From Phoronis australis (Eukaryota > Animalia > Phoronida): a stretch of DNA of 64,000 nucleotides. Positions 1 through 12,785 of the stretch are shown here, in pieces. The stretch is from NCBI GenBank assembly GCA_002633005.1, contig NMRA01000264.1:315565-379564 (forward strand), written 5' to 3'. The notes under the pieces were generated by a model. The model worked only from the letters and a program-made list of their open reading frames with translations. It was not told the origin of the DNA and searched no databases. The first letter of the stretch is position 1; the number at the start of each line of letters is the position of its first letter. A program made the position numbers and the translations under genes.

Positions 1-1317
1 TCTAGCCAAAATCACATGTTCTCATTTAAAATACACGGCAACATCTCATGTAATCTTGCGAAGTGTTGCATTTCAGCGAAGTCCTAGCGTTACTGAACTA
101 AGGGACAGGTTTGCCGGTGTTTCTATCAGGTTTGAGTAACCTGCAACATAAGGGCTTTTTTGCCTGTAACAAAGAATGCCTGCCAGGTCGAGTACAGTTA
201 GGTCTTTCTGACACACACAACAACATGAAAGTGTCATGTATGAAGATATGAGTGTGATTCTAGACGCGATCAATCTTATTTGGTAACTTGAAAATTTTAA
301 CCAAAGTGCCCACCAGGATTGTGTCATTCTGTGCCAGTCCAATGTGGCAAAAGGTTGACCCAGATGAACATTAACACCTGACCTGATGCGGGAAACCTCG
401 AACACTTAAAACTGCCTTTGTTTATAATTCAATTTGAACCCAAAATGTAAAAATGTTTGTCTGCTGTATATGACCATAATATTCCGCAACAGGACTGATT
501 CCACATCAGGACGCCGAAATGAATTATTATAACGGGAAATGTGAAACTTTTGAACAGTTGATTCTTTGGGCTTGTAGTTGTAAGCCTACGCCGGAGACAA
601 AGGAAAACCTGACTACAAAAGATGGACAAAAAGTGGATTTACATGTATCTTTGGTACTGCACTAAAGACTGGAATAAAGGATGAGATCTTGGTCACTTAC
701 CTTTAATATAAAAGTACTTTTAATAGGAAGAAACTCTCATCCCGTCATCATCGTTTCTCCATTTTTAGGCCTCTATGAAGTACGCCACCGCAGCACACAG
801 ATTACGCCTACATGGCAGCGAACGAGTGCGCATGAAATACCAAGGCAGCTCTTCCATTTACTCGGAATTTCAGAAATTTATCCAATGTTGACATAGTTTC
901 TTTGAATTCTCTCGCCATTGAGCACGCGACTTAGTAGGCATAAACGCAGGCCGCGGACGAATACCCCCCAAATGTGTATGGCTTCAAGATAGTAGCATGA
1001 ACGCCGGATCGACTGAGGCCACGACTCATTAAGACAAAGAAAAAAAACACCTCAGTGATTTGTAGCCACAAAACCCTGTGCATTTCCGTCGCGGGAACAA
1101 TTGGGAAAGAGGCGTGGGACGGGGGCGGGTGTCCTCGTGGCCGCTCTCCAGTTGTTTCTGTCCGACGGAGTCGAACGACAGTTGCACGTCAACATACATG
1201 TCTGAAATTGGCAAAAAATCACAAATCTAATTCTACAGTCTTTCTACTTTCTCAAAATACGTACTTTTAGTGAGTTAAAATCTAGTTATGTAGATATTTG
1301 GATAAATACACAGACCT

Positions 1318-1434
1318 TTCAGTAAGGTCCTACATAGCCTTAAAGATTCAGTAAGGTCCTACATAGCCTTAAAGATCCAGTAAGGTCCTACATAGCCTTA
1401 AAGATTCAGTAAGGTCCTACATAGCCTTAAAGAT
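1318..1434. repeat. 29-bp minisatellite, 4 copies, running into an assembly gap
   Basis: TTCAGTAAGGTCCTACATAGCCTTAAAGA repeated. Confidence 0.9.
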
Positions 1435-2556
1435 NNNNNNNNNNNNNNNNNNNNNNNNNNNNNNNNNNNNNNNNNNNNNNNNNNNNNNNNNNNNNNNNNN
1501 NNNNNNNNNNNNNNNNNNNNNNNNNNNNNNNNNNNNNNNNNNNNNNNNNNNNNNNNNNNNNNNNNNNNNNNNNNNNNNNNNNNNNNNNNNNNNNNNNNNN
1601 NNNNNNNNNNNNNNNNNNNNNNNNNNNNNNNNNNNNNNNNNNNNNNNNNNNNNNNNNNNNNNNNNNNNNNNNNNNNNNNNNNNNNNNNNNNNNNNNNNNN
1701 NNGCTCCGCGTTGCTCTTGTTTTGGTTTCGATTTCTTATTTGATTTCCAGTTTCCTCTTTTTTCATCTCTTTTTTATCTTTATTTTGACTATGTTCTTGC
1801 AAAAGCATTTATTTCAGTTAAATTTTACAACACAAAAAATATTTCTATCACACAAGTCTGTTTGTAGAACGATACGTCACCCGGAAAATTTTCTTCTTTT
1901 TTTGTCATTGGTCATTCTGAGCCCTGATAACATGTAGTATGTGCTTTGGGTATGTTTGTCAATTGATTTGCGCAATAGAGGGTCCCTCTTTAACCATAGA
2001 CACTGTGTTAGGGCAATGAAGGGTCCATCTTTAACCATAGACACTCTGTTAGGGCAGCCATGCGTTGAAAGAAACTGCAGATTCCCCCATTTTGCTCTTA
2101 CAAAGATTAGCATCACTTTTTCAAGGTTTTCACTTTAATTGAGATTTTTTCCTGTCCCAGGACACTTCATTTATGGTCTATTTTTAAGACTGCCCCTAAA
2201 CGTGACTACCAGAATTTTGGGATCGTGCACTCAAATACTTGCTCTTTACCAAATAGTCTAAATTGCACTGATATTACGCCATATGTAATATTTGCTAACT
2301 GCAACCTCTAAATTTTGATCAGATCAATAGCATGTTGTGTATTTATTGCATATGTAAAGAATCTCAGTATTGTGATTCTAAAGGGTCAATAGAACAATAT
2401 TGAACCATTTTCGAATTCGGAAATGGAATCTTATCGCTGTAAAGAATATTATTAGTTTGTGTTCATCAGAGTAAAAGGCCTAATTCGATTATCTTCTTTT
2501 AGCCAAATAAACGGGGTGAAGTGCACTTTTAAATTTCCAGTTGTGTTTGCTTTCAG

Positions 2557-5500
2557 ATGAAGTGACACGTGTCGTGTTACCAGATTTTGAGGATGAACCA
2601 TTGTCATCATATATCAATGCTAACTACATCAGGGTACGTTGACTGAGTCATGAACATAGAATTGTGTTCTCATGTTTAAATCAAACATTCAGTGATTATA
2701 CCAATGTGCATTGTGACTGTAGAAAATATTTCTTTATATTCTATTTAATGACTTCTTCAGTATTGTTTGAAGACAGCTAAAGGAATTGCTAGTCTTTCCA
2801 GGTTGTGGTACAGAATTTACCTCAAAACAATTTCTCACCATGATCAGCAGTCATTCTCAGAAAGAGTTTTATTTGAACAGTAACAGTGGAGCTTGCTTAA
2901 GTTTATAGCCTCAGTTTCAACATATTGATAATAAGTAGGATATTCCAGCAGGCTCCGACGTGGCGGTGATAGTAACCACTGACCAAGCTGATCATAAGGG
3001 GGGAGTCTGACTGTAATACAGCTAAACAGGAAACCACTGACTTGTGCTGTACTTAGGCAAATGAATTGAATGTGCATTGAGTTGTTGTTAGATGAAAAGT
3101 GAAGGTACACACGATAATGGGCGGATTCCTTTCCATGGATTTAATGATAAATGACTCTGTTTTTTGACATTTCATGACAATAACCAGACTATTGTGTTCT
3201 CTGATATGACATTAAGTGGTCTCCACTTGACTACTTCCCCAAGTAATAGAATGTTACTGAGATCATGGTGTTATACACTACCCTGCAAGTTACTGAGATC
3301 ATGGTGTTATACACTACCCTGCAAGTTACTGAGAGCATGGTGTTATACAATCCCCTGCAAGTTCCTGAGATCATGGTGTTATACATTTCCCTGCAAGTTA
3401 CTGAGATCATGGTGTTATACACTCCCCTGCAAGTCGCTCTGTTCTTAAGCACCAATGTTCATTTTTGAATGCATGAAATGTACTGTAGGGTGCATTTGTT
3501 TCACCTGTGATACTTAGGCCAATGGTCTAATCTCTGTGCTAGAAACTTGACTTGAAATGTCTGAGTTTGAAGATTATATCCTTGGCCCTGGTTTTAAAAT
3601 TAGCACCATGGTTTTTATACTGTCTGATTTAGTGACCAAAATTCGACATCACTACAGGGTTATGAAGAAGAGCCTCAGGCGTTCATCGCCACCCAAGGTC
3701 CTATGGCACATACTGTGAACGATTTCTGGTTCATGGTCTGGCACCAGAGAGCGCCCATCATCGTCATGATCACAAAACTAGTGGAAAATAATAAGGTCTG
3801 TGAAGTTAGTAATAATTCTGATAACAGTGACAGTAATAATAATATATAATAGTGATAACAATATTCATTTAACGGGTTCTAAAAGTATTAACTTGGATGA
3901 AAACAAAGATGAGATTTTAGTGTGTTTGCTCCATGTTTTCAAGCGCTATGGTTCAGTGGCCTAACCTTACAAATATTTTGGAGCCTGTTTCAAGTTTTTT
4001 GGTTCTGTGTAAATATTTCCATCTCTATAGGGTCCGTGGAAACATCCAAAAATTATGTACAAGACACTCACATTATCTGGAAAAAGACTCTTATTTTTAG
4101 CTACCAATAAAATAACTTCCTGTTCTTTTAACACACGTACATGGTACACAACCTCACAGTTTCAATCACGGCATGATTCAAGCATGCTAGTTGGTTCCTG
4201 GTGTACACCTCGACAAATTTTGAAATCTACACCTCACTAGTTGAAGCAGCTTGTTCGTTCCGTCCAAAACATTTAAGTTTTGATTAAGACCAGACTTACT
4301 TCTGTGAAATTTGTTTGAACTTGTTCCTTACTCAGATGAGAAGTGATTTTTGGGTTTCAAAAGAAGTGACACTTAATTATTTGTCCAGACTATGGTCTGC
4401 CCATGAAATGTCACTCTGTGGTAAACCAACCTGGAGAGACTGATTTTAAGCATACCAGTCCTGAAATTTAACTGAGAAATAATTTAAGACCAATTTCGTA
4501 ATGGGAAGTGATCTAAATCAAAAGTTGGCTTTTGTATTAAAGACAGGTTTTTAGCTGCTTTAAAGAAAAAAAGGGCATCAATTTCTTCCAATCAGACTTT
4601 TTTGAAAGCCACACAAGTGCGCGCAGCCAACATTTTACTCACCCTCATCCTTAGTTGCCATCTACAATGCTTTGGCCAGTTTTCTTTCTTGGCTTAGAAT
4701 CCAGCAAATATTTAGTCTGAGGCAACACACACGTAAAGTCCGCCTGTGTCTTTTTAGTTTGGTTTTAGTAAAATTTTTTGTTTTATATTGACAGGTGAAA
4801 TGTGAGGGCTACGTGCCTGAGAGTCATGCCTGGTATGGGAGAGTGCATGTTGGTGTAGAGAAGACTTTCAGTGTCGACCACTATACAGTCAGACAGCTTA
4901 AACTTGAGGTCAGTCTAACATCTGTTGTTACGTTCTTAGTGAGCGCCATTTTGCTTAGTTACGATTATAAGGTCTTGAGCATGCTCATGAAACACTCACT
5001 GTTCACTCCGGCCCGTGACTCCTTAGTATAACATGGTGTCAATCCCTGCACTATCAGTTTAACCACGTTTGCAATGTTAAAACAAGTAGTTATTGAATGC
5101 AGTTGTAACATTTTTGCATCTGTGAGACTCGTAAGTTTCAAGAAGAGGAATAAAAGCAACTGACCATCGTAACTGTTTTATGGCCTTTGTCACCAGGGGG
5201 CAAATGAACCAGAGTTTGTACGTTAGTGGTGACGCTATTTGGAAATCCGGGGTAGCGTAGTTATTGCAGCATGAGTAGAATAAAATATTGCTTTCTCATT
5301 GGGGAACTCCTGTCTATCAAAACTCTATTGCAACTTAGGTTAACCTTTCCCACTGACACCGACATCTGATTCATCACTAGATAGCTAGTATGCAATCGTT
5401 CTTACAGTACTTAGACAAAGTGCGCACAGTATGGCATTATTGGTACCATGCGTGGGATGACCACAAGGCACCGACTACGGCCAGACAACTGTTAAACTTG

Positions 5501-8241
5501 GCAAAGGAAGTACGGCAGAGCCGGATAGAGCTCCCTAAGGGGCCAGTTATAGTGCATTGCAGGTAGGGTTTGGCTTTTTTGAAATTCACATGATTTTGAG
5601 GGTTTAACAATAGCACATAAGATTGAAAGTCATGTGTAGTTCTTGTACATTTTTTGATACCGTTGAATGAGAATTTTGAAACTTGCATTTTAGTGCTACC
5701 ATTTCATGAAAAGTTTTGAAACTTTAAAAATCTTAATACTCATTCTCAATGGAACAATGCCACACCTGGATTTAAACATTTTCAGATCGCATTAAATTCA
5801 TTAGTTAACTGTGGACCCTAATATGGACATCCGACATCCATGCTTTAAAATGTAGGAGCATGTATTAAGATATTTGTATATAAGTAATAGTGTCTTTATT
5901 TACCATGTTTCTACCCACTGGCTGATGTATATGGGTTCAGGTCATTTAAACCCCCCCCCCCCAACAGGAGACAAAACCAAAAAATACATGCCACCAGCCT
6001 AAATACTCATAACCAGCCTAAATACACACCACCAGCCTAAATACACGCCACCAGCCTAAATACACGCCACCAGCCTAAATACACGCCACCAGCCTAAATA
6101 CACGCCATCAGCCTAAATACACACTACCAGCCTATAACGGTGGCGCCAGCATAAGTAATGCCTTCATTGACACAATCATTGATTGGCCACTCCTACCTAC
6201 GCTGTTCCTCATGTTGTTATTACATCTAGTAAAAACTCGGTGTCCATTACGCGCGAAAAGGTGCGTAAGTAATGCTGACTTTTGGAAAAAGTCTAGCTAC
6301 ACCCTTGATTAATCAGTAGACATGGTGAACGTCCTGTCCAAGCTATATAGTGACTTCCAGTGCCTGTCTATGTAGTGTAAATGCCGCAATTTTGACATGC
6401 TTTTGGTTGGTAATAGTCACTCACAAGGTCTTGCATTTCGAGAACCAGTTTTCTACTCTGAATACCAGGCCTCAAACTAGTTCTCAAAAGTCAAGACCCC
6501 TGTCAGTGGTTATTGTCTTTTGCTGTATCTCCTGGATGTGATCTGTTTCCAGTGCGGGTATCGGTCGTACCGGTTGCTTCATTGCCGTCTCTATTGGTAT
6601 GCAACAGCTAGAGGAGGAGTACATGACTGATGTGTTGGGAATAGTGTGCTCCATGAGAATGGACCGGTAAGTGCAAATGTAATAGTCCTGTTCTGAAATA
6701 GTACAGCACGGCTCTCATTCTAAGATATTTACCCTCAATGCATCATAAGTGTCGACACTTGTCCTTCTTTTTGACGTGAAAATGTACTTGTCATTATCTC
6801 ATATCTGAAGTAAAATATGTAATTCATCGCTGTAATGCAGGCAAACTTGCATGATTTCATTTCGAATTACAATACTGACAAAAAGAAATTATCAAAAGGG
6901 GAAATATCAGTACTGGATGTGCTGTCTCTTTTTAGTCAACTCTGGAGCACTTGTAAAGTAGGTCAACCATGTAATGTACCTCCACCAAAGGGAGAGTTCA
7001 GTTGAGGATGGGCCTATTGTATTGAGAATAAATGGTAGCTTTCATGGCACCACCCAAGTATATATTCTGAAGCCGTTTTTTTATCACTGAAATAGACACA
7101 TGGGAATTCCATACACACTGGTCAGTTTAATCATTGAACAGATTGTATATTCTGTTTATCACAAATTTTATCATTTATATCAAACATTAAGGTAATAACT
7201 GGCCCTAGAAAAATTTCTAAGTTTGGCTAATTTGACAACACTCACTGACTATGAAACTTTTAGAAACTACACTTTATGCATTGTTCATGAAAACAATGTT
7301 GCGAATTGTTTTTAAAATGTTCCACTTTTGTATGAGGGGCTATCAAAATATATGTCTTTCGGTGATTTTTGCGAAACAAATCAAAAGCTGCAGAAAACAA
7401 AAATGATAATTTAGAAATCTGCAAGAGCGTTTTTGAGATTTCGTCTTGAACATTTGTAACAAACAAAATTTGGTCAATATTATTGATACCATGGGGTCAC
7501 GTGAACCAACAAATGACGGACTGATAAATAGTCAAAAATGCGATTATACAGATTTTCTACTTTCAGAAAAAATGTACTGTAAACTCGCGGGTTAACGCCC
7601 ATGCCCAAGTAATCGCCCATCCCTGACTTTGTCAATTTTTGGTTTAAGCGCCCACTGCTTGGGTAATCGCCCACCCCCCTGTCTCAGGGTTTCCCAAATT
7701 AAGCGCCCAGGGCATTTACCTATGAGTTTACGGTAGTTTTATTGACTTAAAATCTATAGTTTTGTAAGCATTTGATAAATATACGACTTGTTTATGTGGT
7801 CCTACATAACCATACAAACATTAAACATTTCATTTAGTCTGCCGTGCTTCTCAGGTTTTTGTATTGAAGAGTATTTTGAAGTGTAACTTTGAGTGAGAAA
7901 ACCTATGGTGACATGTATTGGAAAATCTGTAGTCATCAAGCAAGTAGACCTCCACTTTTTTGCTGCAACCTTCACAGTATTGCATTCAATGCAATTTCAG
8001 TTTATTTTGAAGACACCGTTAATTAATGACTGAGATAGAATTTTGTGGCTCTGGACTGAATGCGATTTACACTTTGACATTGTCAGAGTGCCTTACTGTC
8101 CAAAATATGGTTTTAATGGCTTATTCCTATGTTTCCAGAGGAGGCATGGTACAGACGGGGGAACAGTATGAATTTATACACCGAGCATTGTGCCTATATG
8201 AGAGAGAGCTTCCTGCCTTGTCCCCTTTAACACCCAAGTGA
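2557..8241 (+). CDS. PTPRR: Receptor/KIM-type protein tyrosine phosphatase, R7 subfamily (PTPRR/PTPN5/PTPN7, fly PTP-ER like); 3' six exons of the catalytic domain, 5' exons not found in window
   Basis: Phase-consistent GT/AG exons 2557-2633, 3658-3795, 4795-4908, 5408-5562, 6553-6666, 8139-8241. Translation contains [86 protein letters not shown] and RMDRGGMVQTGEQYEFIHRALCLYE. Confidence 0.92.
3253..3434. repeat. 36-bp minisatellite, 5 copies
   Basis: TTACTGAGATCATGGTGTTATACACTACCCTGCAAG repeated. Confidence 0.9.
5981..6135. repeat. 19-bp minisatellite, ~8 copies
   Basis: CCAGCCTAAATACACGCCA repeated. Confidence 0.9.
7577..7733. mobile_element. MITE with TA flanks; TIR style related to the 57520 element
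   Basis: TA|CTGTAAACTC...GAGTTTACGG|TA with internal TAA(G/T)CGCCC sub-repeats. Confidence 0.65.
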
Positions 8242-9282
8242 CCATTGGACAGATCTAGCTCAGTGTTACTGGTTGACTAACTCAGTTGAATATGCTAGCG
8301 TTGTTTACCAGGGTAGCTGGCAATGTAGTCTTGTATTAAAAGTTCAAATCAGGGTAACAGGTATACTGGGGCTTATTTTATCACAGGCTGTATGTCTAAG
8401 TACAGCCAAGTCGTTATCATAGGTTGTGCTGCATTTTTATGTGAGCTATATGCTACGATAGACTTGACTGTATTTTCAAAGTCCCCCTGCATGGCGCAGC
8501 ACCATGTTGGAAAAGTTGTGATCCAAGTTTGGAAATCTTGAGCCATGTATGAAGAGCTCACAGCCATGTTTAAAATTTTGAGCCATGTGTGAGAAGCCTG
8601 CTTTTCTGCTTTACAAGAAACAGATTGAAATTCTACTGTGATCCTTGTCTTATATTTTTTGCTGTAAAAATTACAGCAATGTTTAGGGAGAATGAAGATG
8701 GTGTGTACTGGTTTGGTCAATTAGCAGAAATGGAGATTACAGTATGAAAACGCGTTCATGCTTAAACTGGCAATAAGTTCACACCTGTCAAACAAGCTCT
8801 TGATTCGGGCCAGTAACTGTTATAAAACCAGTATGACCTTGTTCCTGACTAGTTGTGATTTTTAAGCTTAGAAAGAACTGGCTGTCGTTATTGCTGGAGA
8901 CCAGTATTAAGCTGTTTGTTATGGTGGGTTAGTCTCAGTGGCCATGGTAATATTGCCATCGAGTGATTCCAAGCTTTATATTGCTACCAATTTTAATTCG
9001 AACAACGGATAAAAATACAATGCTTTAAAAGATCAAATCTATGCAGCATGGTTTATTTAAAAACAAGTTTAAAGGTCACTGTCAAACAACTTTCATAAAA
9101 TGTTTACTACCAGAAATCCAAGATACATCCATCTTAATTGAGACCACCTGGCATGTAGCCTTAGGTAAAAAGAGCCCCAGCTGTTCCTAACTTGTTTTGA
9201 TTGTCGTGTGATCACTGTGACAGTTGTGATTGACATGTCATGTGATCACTGTGACAGTTGTAGTTGATAATTTAGACTTTGT

Positions 9283-9609
9283 AGGGATATTCCTGACCAG
9301 GTTTGATCCTGTGCCTTTTGGACGCACCTGATGATAAAAGTGTGCCTTTTTTCAAAAAGTTGTGCCCAGCAGAATTGGTGTATTTACAATCAAATATTGG
9401 AAAACCTAAACAGCCCATTAACTTGGCCTCATTTTAATGAAATCTGCAACCTGTATTACCCGACTGTCTGTAAGTTGACTAGAATCTTGCATTTTTGGAA
9501 AAGTGTTCCATTTTAAAGATGCGCCTGAGGGGCACACTTCTGTAACGTACTTGCACCTTTTTATTTTGATGTGCTAAAGGCGCAAAGGCGCGGTCCAGGA
9601 ATGTCCCTG
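9283..9609. mobile_element. hAT-like MITE downstream of the PTP stop codon
   Basis: Ends AGGGATATTCCTGACC / GGTCCAGGAATGTCCCTG; 8-bp flanks GACTTTGT / GACCTTGT (7 of 8 match). Confidence 0.6.
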
Positions 9610-10594
9610 GACCTTGTCATTATAACAAGGCGCACTGGAATTCAGAAAATTCTTAAAGGGTTGCTGTTGGGTTGTGAGCCTTTTAAGAACCCCACAGCGA
9701 ATAGACAATAGCTGGTAAAAGGTCAAGACGGCTTTCTTTAGACCCTAGAAACTGGCTTAAACACAAGAACATGCAAGACTTTGAGATATTGTCATTCATT
9801 ACATCTGAACCACATGATCATGCCGAACGTCTTGGTTCTATGGAACGTAATCCAGTTATCAGAATGTCAGTGACAGACTAGTATTATGTGAGAACCAACG
9901 AAGCCTGAGACTTTACTGGAGTGGCTGTTAGTGATTGGATTTGTGAGCACTGTTTAGATTATAACCATTCACAAGAGTATTTAATAGTGTATGCCTCCCA
10001 ATGTTATTTATGTCACTGCTATAACATCTTGTCATTCTCAGACAAAACATTTCTTCAAATTTTTAAAAGACTTGTGACACTGTTGTGAATAGCCACAATT
10101 TTCAACAAATTGCCTGATGCAAGCTGTGGTACAGGCAAGCATTTATTGGGACCCACTTGTCCGTAATAAAAGCATCACTTGTCGAGCACATTGTGTCTTA
10201 AATTGAAGAGATTTTATGGTATATTTGTTATTGAAAGTGACTTCAATAATGTAGAAAGATAGTATACATGTTGTAGTGTAAGTGTTGCTGGGCCGGTATA
10301 GTGGATTAGCTTTAACATGGCAAACATATATTATTCAGTTATTGTACGATCTCTAGTGGGCAGTATTAGCAGTGTGCGTGTGGTAAAACATTTATAGACC
10401 TCAGGAAGGAAACGAAGTTAATCGTTTGATTTCTCCCTTGTTATACTTCGGTTTTAGATTATAAACTTAACCATCATTTTATTAAGGACTATTTTTACTG
10501 TGATCCATCGAACACAATTTTTGTTCACACACACATACTCTGTATGATGGCATTTGGGTTTGAAGTTTAATTTTCTTAATATTCTGACTTGACC

Positions 10595-10909
10595 TGGCAC
10601 ATCTAGATCTGTTGGTATATAGAGCACTAAGTTTGAGTGTGGCACATTTAGATCTGTTGGTGTGTAAAGTGCTAAGCTTGTGTGTGGCACATCTAGGTTT
10701 GTTGGTGTGTAGAGTGCTAAGCTTGAGTGTGGCACATCTAGATCTGTTGGTGGGTAGAATGCTAAGCTTGAGTGTGGCACATCTAGATATGTTGGTGTGT
10801 AAAGTGCTAAGCTTGAGTGTGGTACATCTAGATCTGTTGGTGTGTAAAGTGCTAAGCTTGAGTGTGGCACATCTAGATCTGTTGGTGTGTAGAGCACTGA
10901 GCTTGAGTG
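10595..10909. repeat. 45-bp minisatellite, ~7 copies, in the presumed PTP 3' UTR
   Basis: GCTTGAGTGTGGCACATCTAGATCTGTTGGTGTGTAAAGTGCTAA repeated. Confidence 0.9.
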
Positions 10910-12154
10910 AAGTTTTGATTTTGACCAGTAGTCCAGGCCCACGACTGGTCTCCAACGTATTGGTAGAAATCAAAACTTCAAATTGTTTTATAATAGAGGC
11001 AGCTGGGCTAGGATGCAATTGTGGTGAAAACAGATTTCAAGTTTTATGTGTTAAAACTTTTTTGATTTAAAGCTGCTGTAAATCTGGTTTCAATCAAAAA
11101 GTTAACTTTTGGTTTATATTTCGTGAATTCCTTGTCCCTTGTACAAATTATTAATGGTTTCTGAGCTGTGAAAGACCTGACATCTGTTATTGCGTGAGAC
11201 AAGGCTTTATAGGTTGGCACGATCTTGCAGGTTATTTTATGCCGTTTAGATCCATTTCATAAGGGTAAGTTGTTAAAACCAGGTCCATTGCAGCTTTGAA
11301 TTAAATAATTCAAAATCATTTTTTGTTGTCTATTCTTAGTTGAAAGCTTTTCGTGACCATCAAATTAAAATGCCTCAATCTAGGCTTCTCTTTTATGGTC
11401 ACCATTGTAAAAAATAGATTGTTGTAAATCTCTAAAGTGCATATAATTATGTTAATGAGTTATCTGTGATTAGTAAACGCTTAGACAGTCCAGTGTTACT
11501 GAAAGGAAGCATTTTTGAAATGAAATATATCGTCATGACATATTTTATGCATGCAAAATTATTATGAATTGTTTATTGTTAAGTTGTGCACAAATTTGAA
11601 TTGTAGTTGTTTGAAACTCTAATAGAATGTGATATGCTATGGACGACTCGTTAATGGTTCACATACAATTGTATTTATTTACTTATTTATTATGATTATT
11701 GACAACTGTTCTATATCAGTGTTAAGTTATTCATTGTGATTGTTAGGTGTTTCAGCAAAGGTTGACTTGGTTGAGAAGTGAATAATAAACTTATGAAGTG
11801 AGCTTGACTTTTATCATCTGTGTGAAAAGCAGTAATTTCATCTCATCTGTCATATACCGGTACATTGATTGGCCATATGCATGAGTCACTGTCATATACC
11901 GGTACATTGATTGGCCATATGCATGAGTCACTGGTCGATGTAGGATGAGGGGACCCAACCACAATTTCGTAGGGAAAATACCTGCGTAAAAGCTGAAAAT
12001 GCCTGTGACAGTGTGTGGTATCTTTTTGGCTCTTAGTCTGTTAAGAATTCTTATCGACATTATTACCGCCATCTTGCTATCAGTTTTTAAGTTCATAAAA
12101 ATAATGTGCTGCGTAGTCGACTGTGACTGTTTCTAGGACCCGGTGTATTTTATT

Positions 12155-12785
12155 GTCGTGGCGGAACACTTTGTACATCGCCGTGATCTCTTTTAAGAGA
12201 TCAAGCCGATAAACCTTAAAAGGTTGGAATTATTAACTCGCGGTAGGGCCACCCATGCTGGTCAGATCGAAAGGTATAGATTTGACGAAGTGCACCCCAA
12301 CACTCCCTGGGGTCACACGAGGGTTGGGCGTAAGGCCAACTTCCTTAACTTGTAAAGAAACACTGGGTGGCAAGTACCCTACAAAGACAACTCGGGACTT
12401 TAAACTTGGCCAGTCTGGGCTCATCAGCCATGTTAGGCAACCGGTCCGGCGGCTAGGACACTTCTAAATAATGCATTACATGGTATAAGCTGCCATGAAG
12501 AGGCGGCCAACCATTTGGCGAAGGGCAGCTGGGAGACCTGTGCTTGTATCAATCATCCTGCAAAAGAGAACCAGATCTGCACACATTCTACCCTCCATGG
12601 CCATGCAAAAGGATATTCAACGGTATGGTGCTCGTCCCGTGGTTCGCCAGATGGTGACGGCGCCGTCTTCTCGGCCTCGAAAGGATCTGTAGTGTCCAGC
12701 AGGCACTCCGACTGACAGAGGACTTTGCCCAGAAGATCGGACTGAACATTTAAACTGCATGGCCGACAACGTTGAAGAAGAAGAA
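12155..12785 (+). mobile_element. Short chimeric non-LTR retroelement: RTE-type 5' UTR, decayed LINE 3' end and (GAA)n tail
   Basis: GGTAGGGCCACCCATGC and GGGTTGGGCGTAAGGCCAAC...GTAAA match motifs I recall from RTE 5' UTRs. The 3' part encodes SAHIL...QQALRLTEDFAQKIGLNI* and ends GAAGAAGAAGAA. No TSD found; the 5' boundary is approximate. Confidence 0.55.

Noticed and set aside
681-1270. Upstream PTP exon carrying the KNRY motif
   Set aside because: No KNRY-like translation found; it may lie in the 1435-1702 gap or upstream of the window.
3164-3468. ORFs with 12-aa LLRSWCYTLPCK repeats
   Set aside because: Translation of an intronic 36-bp minisatellite.
10454-11070. Three overlapping 150-180 aa ORFs with 15-aa repeats
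   Set aside because: They result from a stop-free 45-bp minisatellite, open on both strands, with no splice context.
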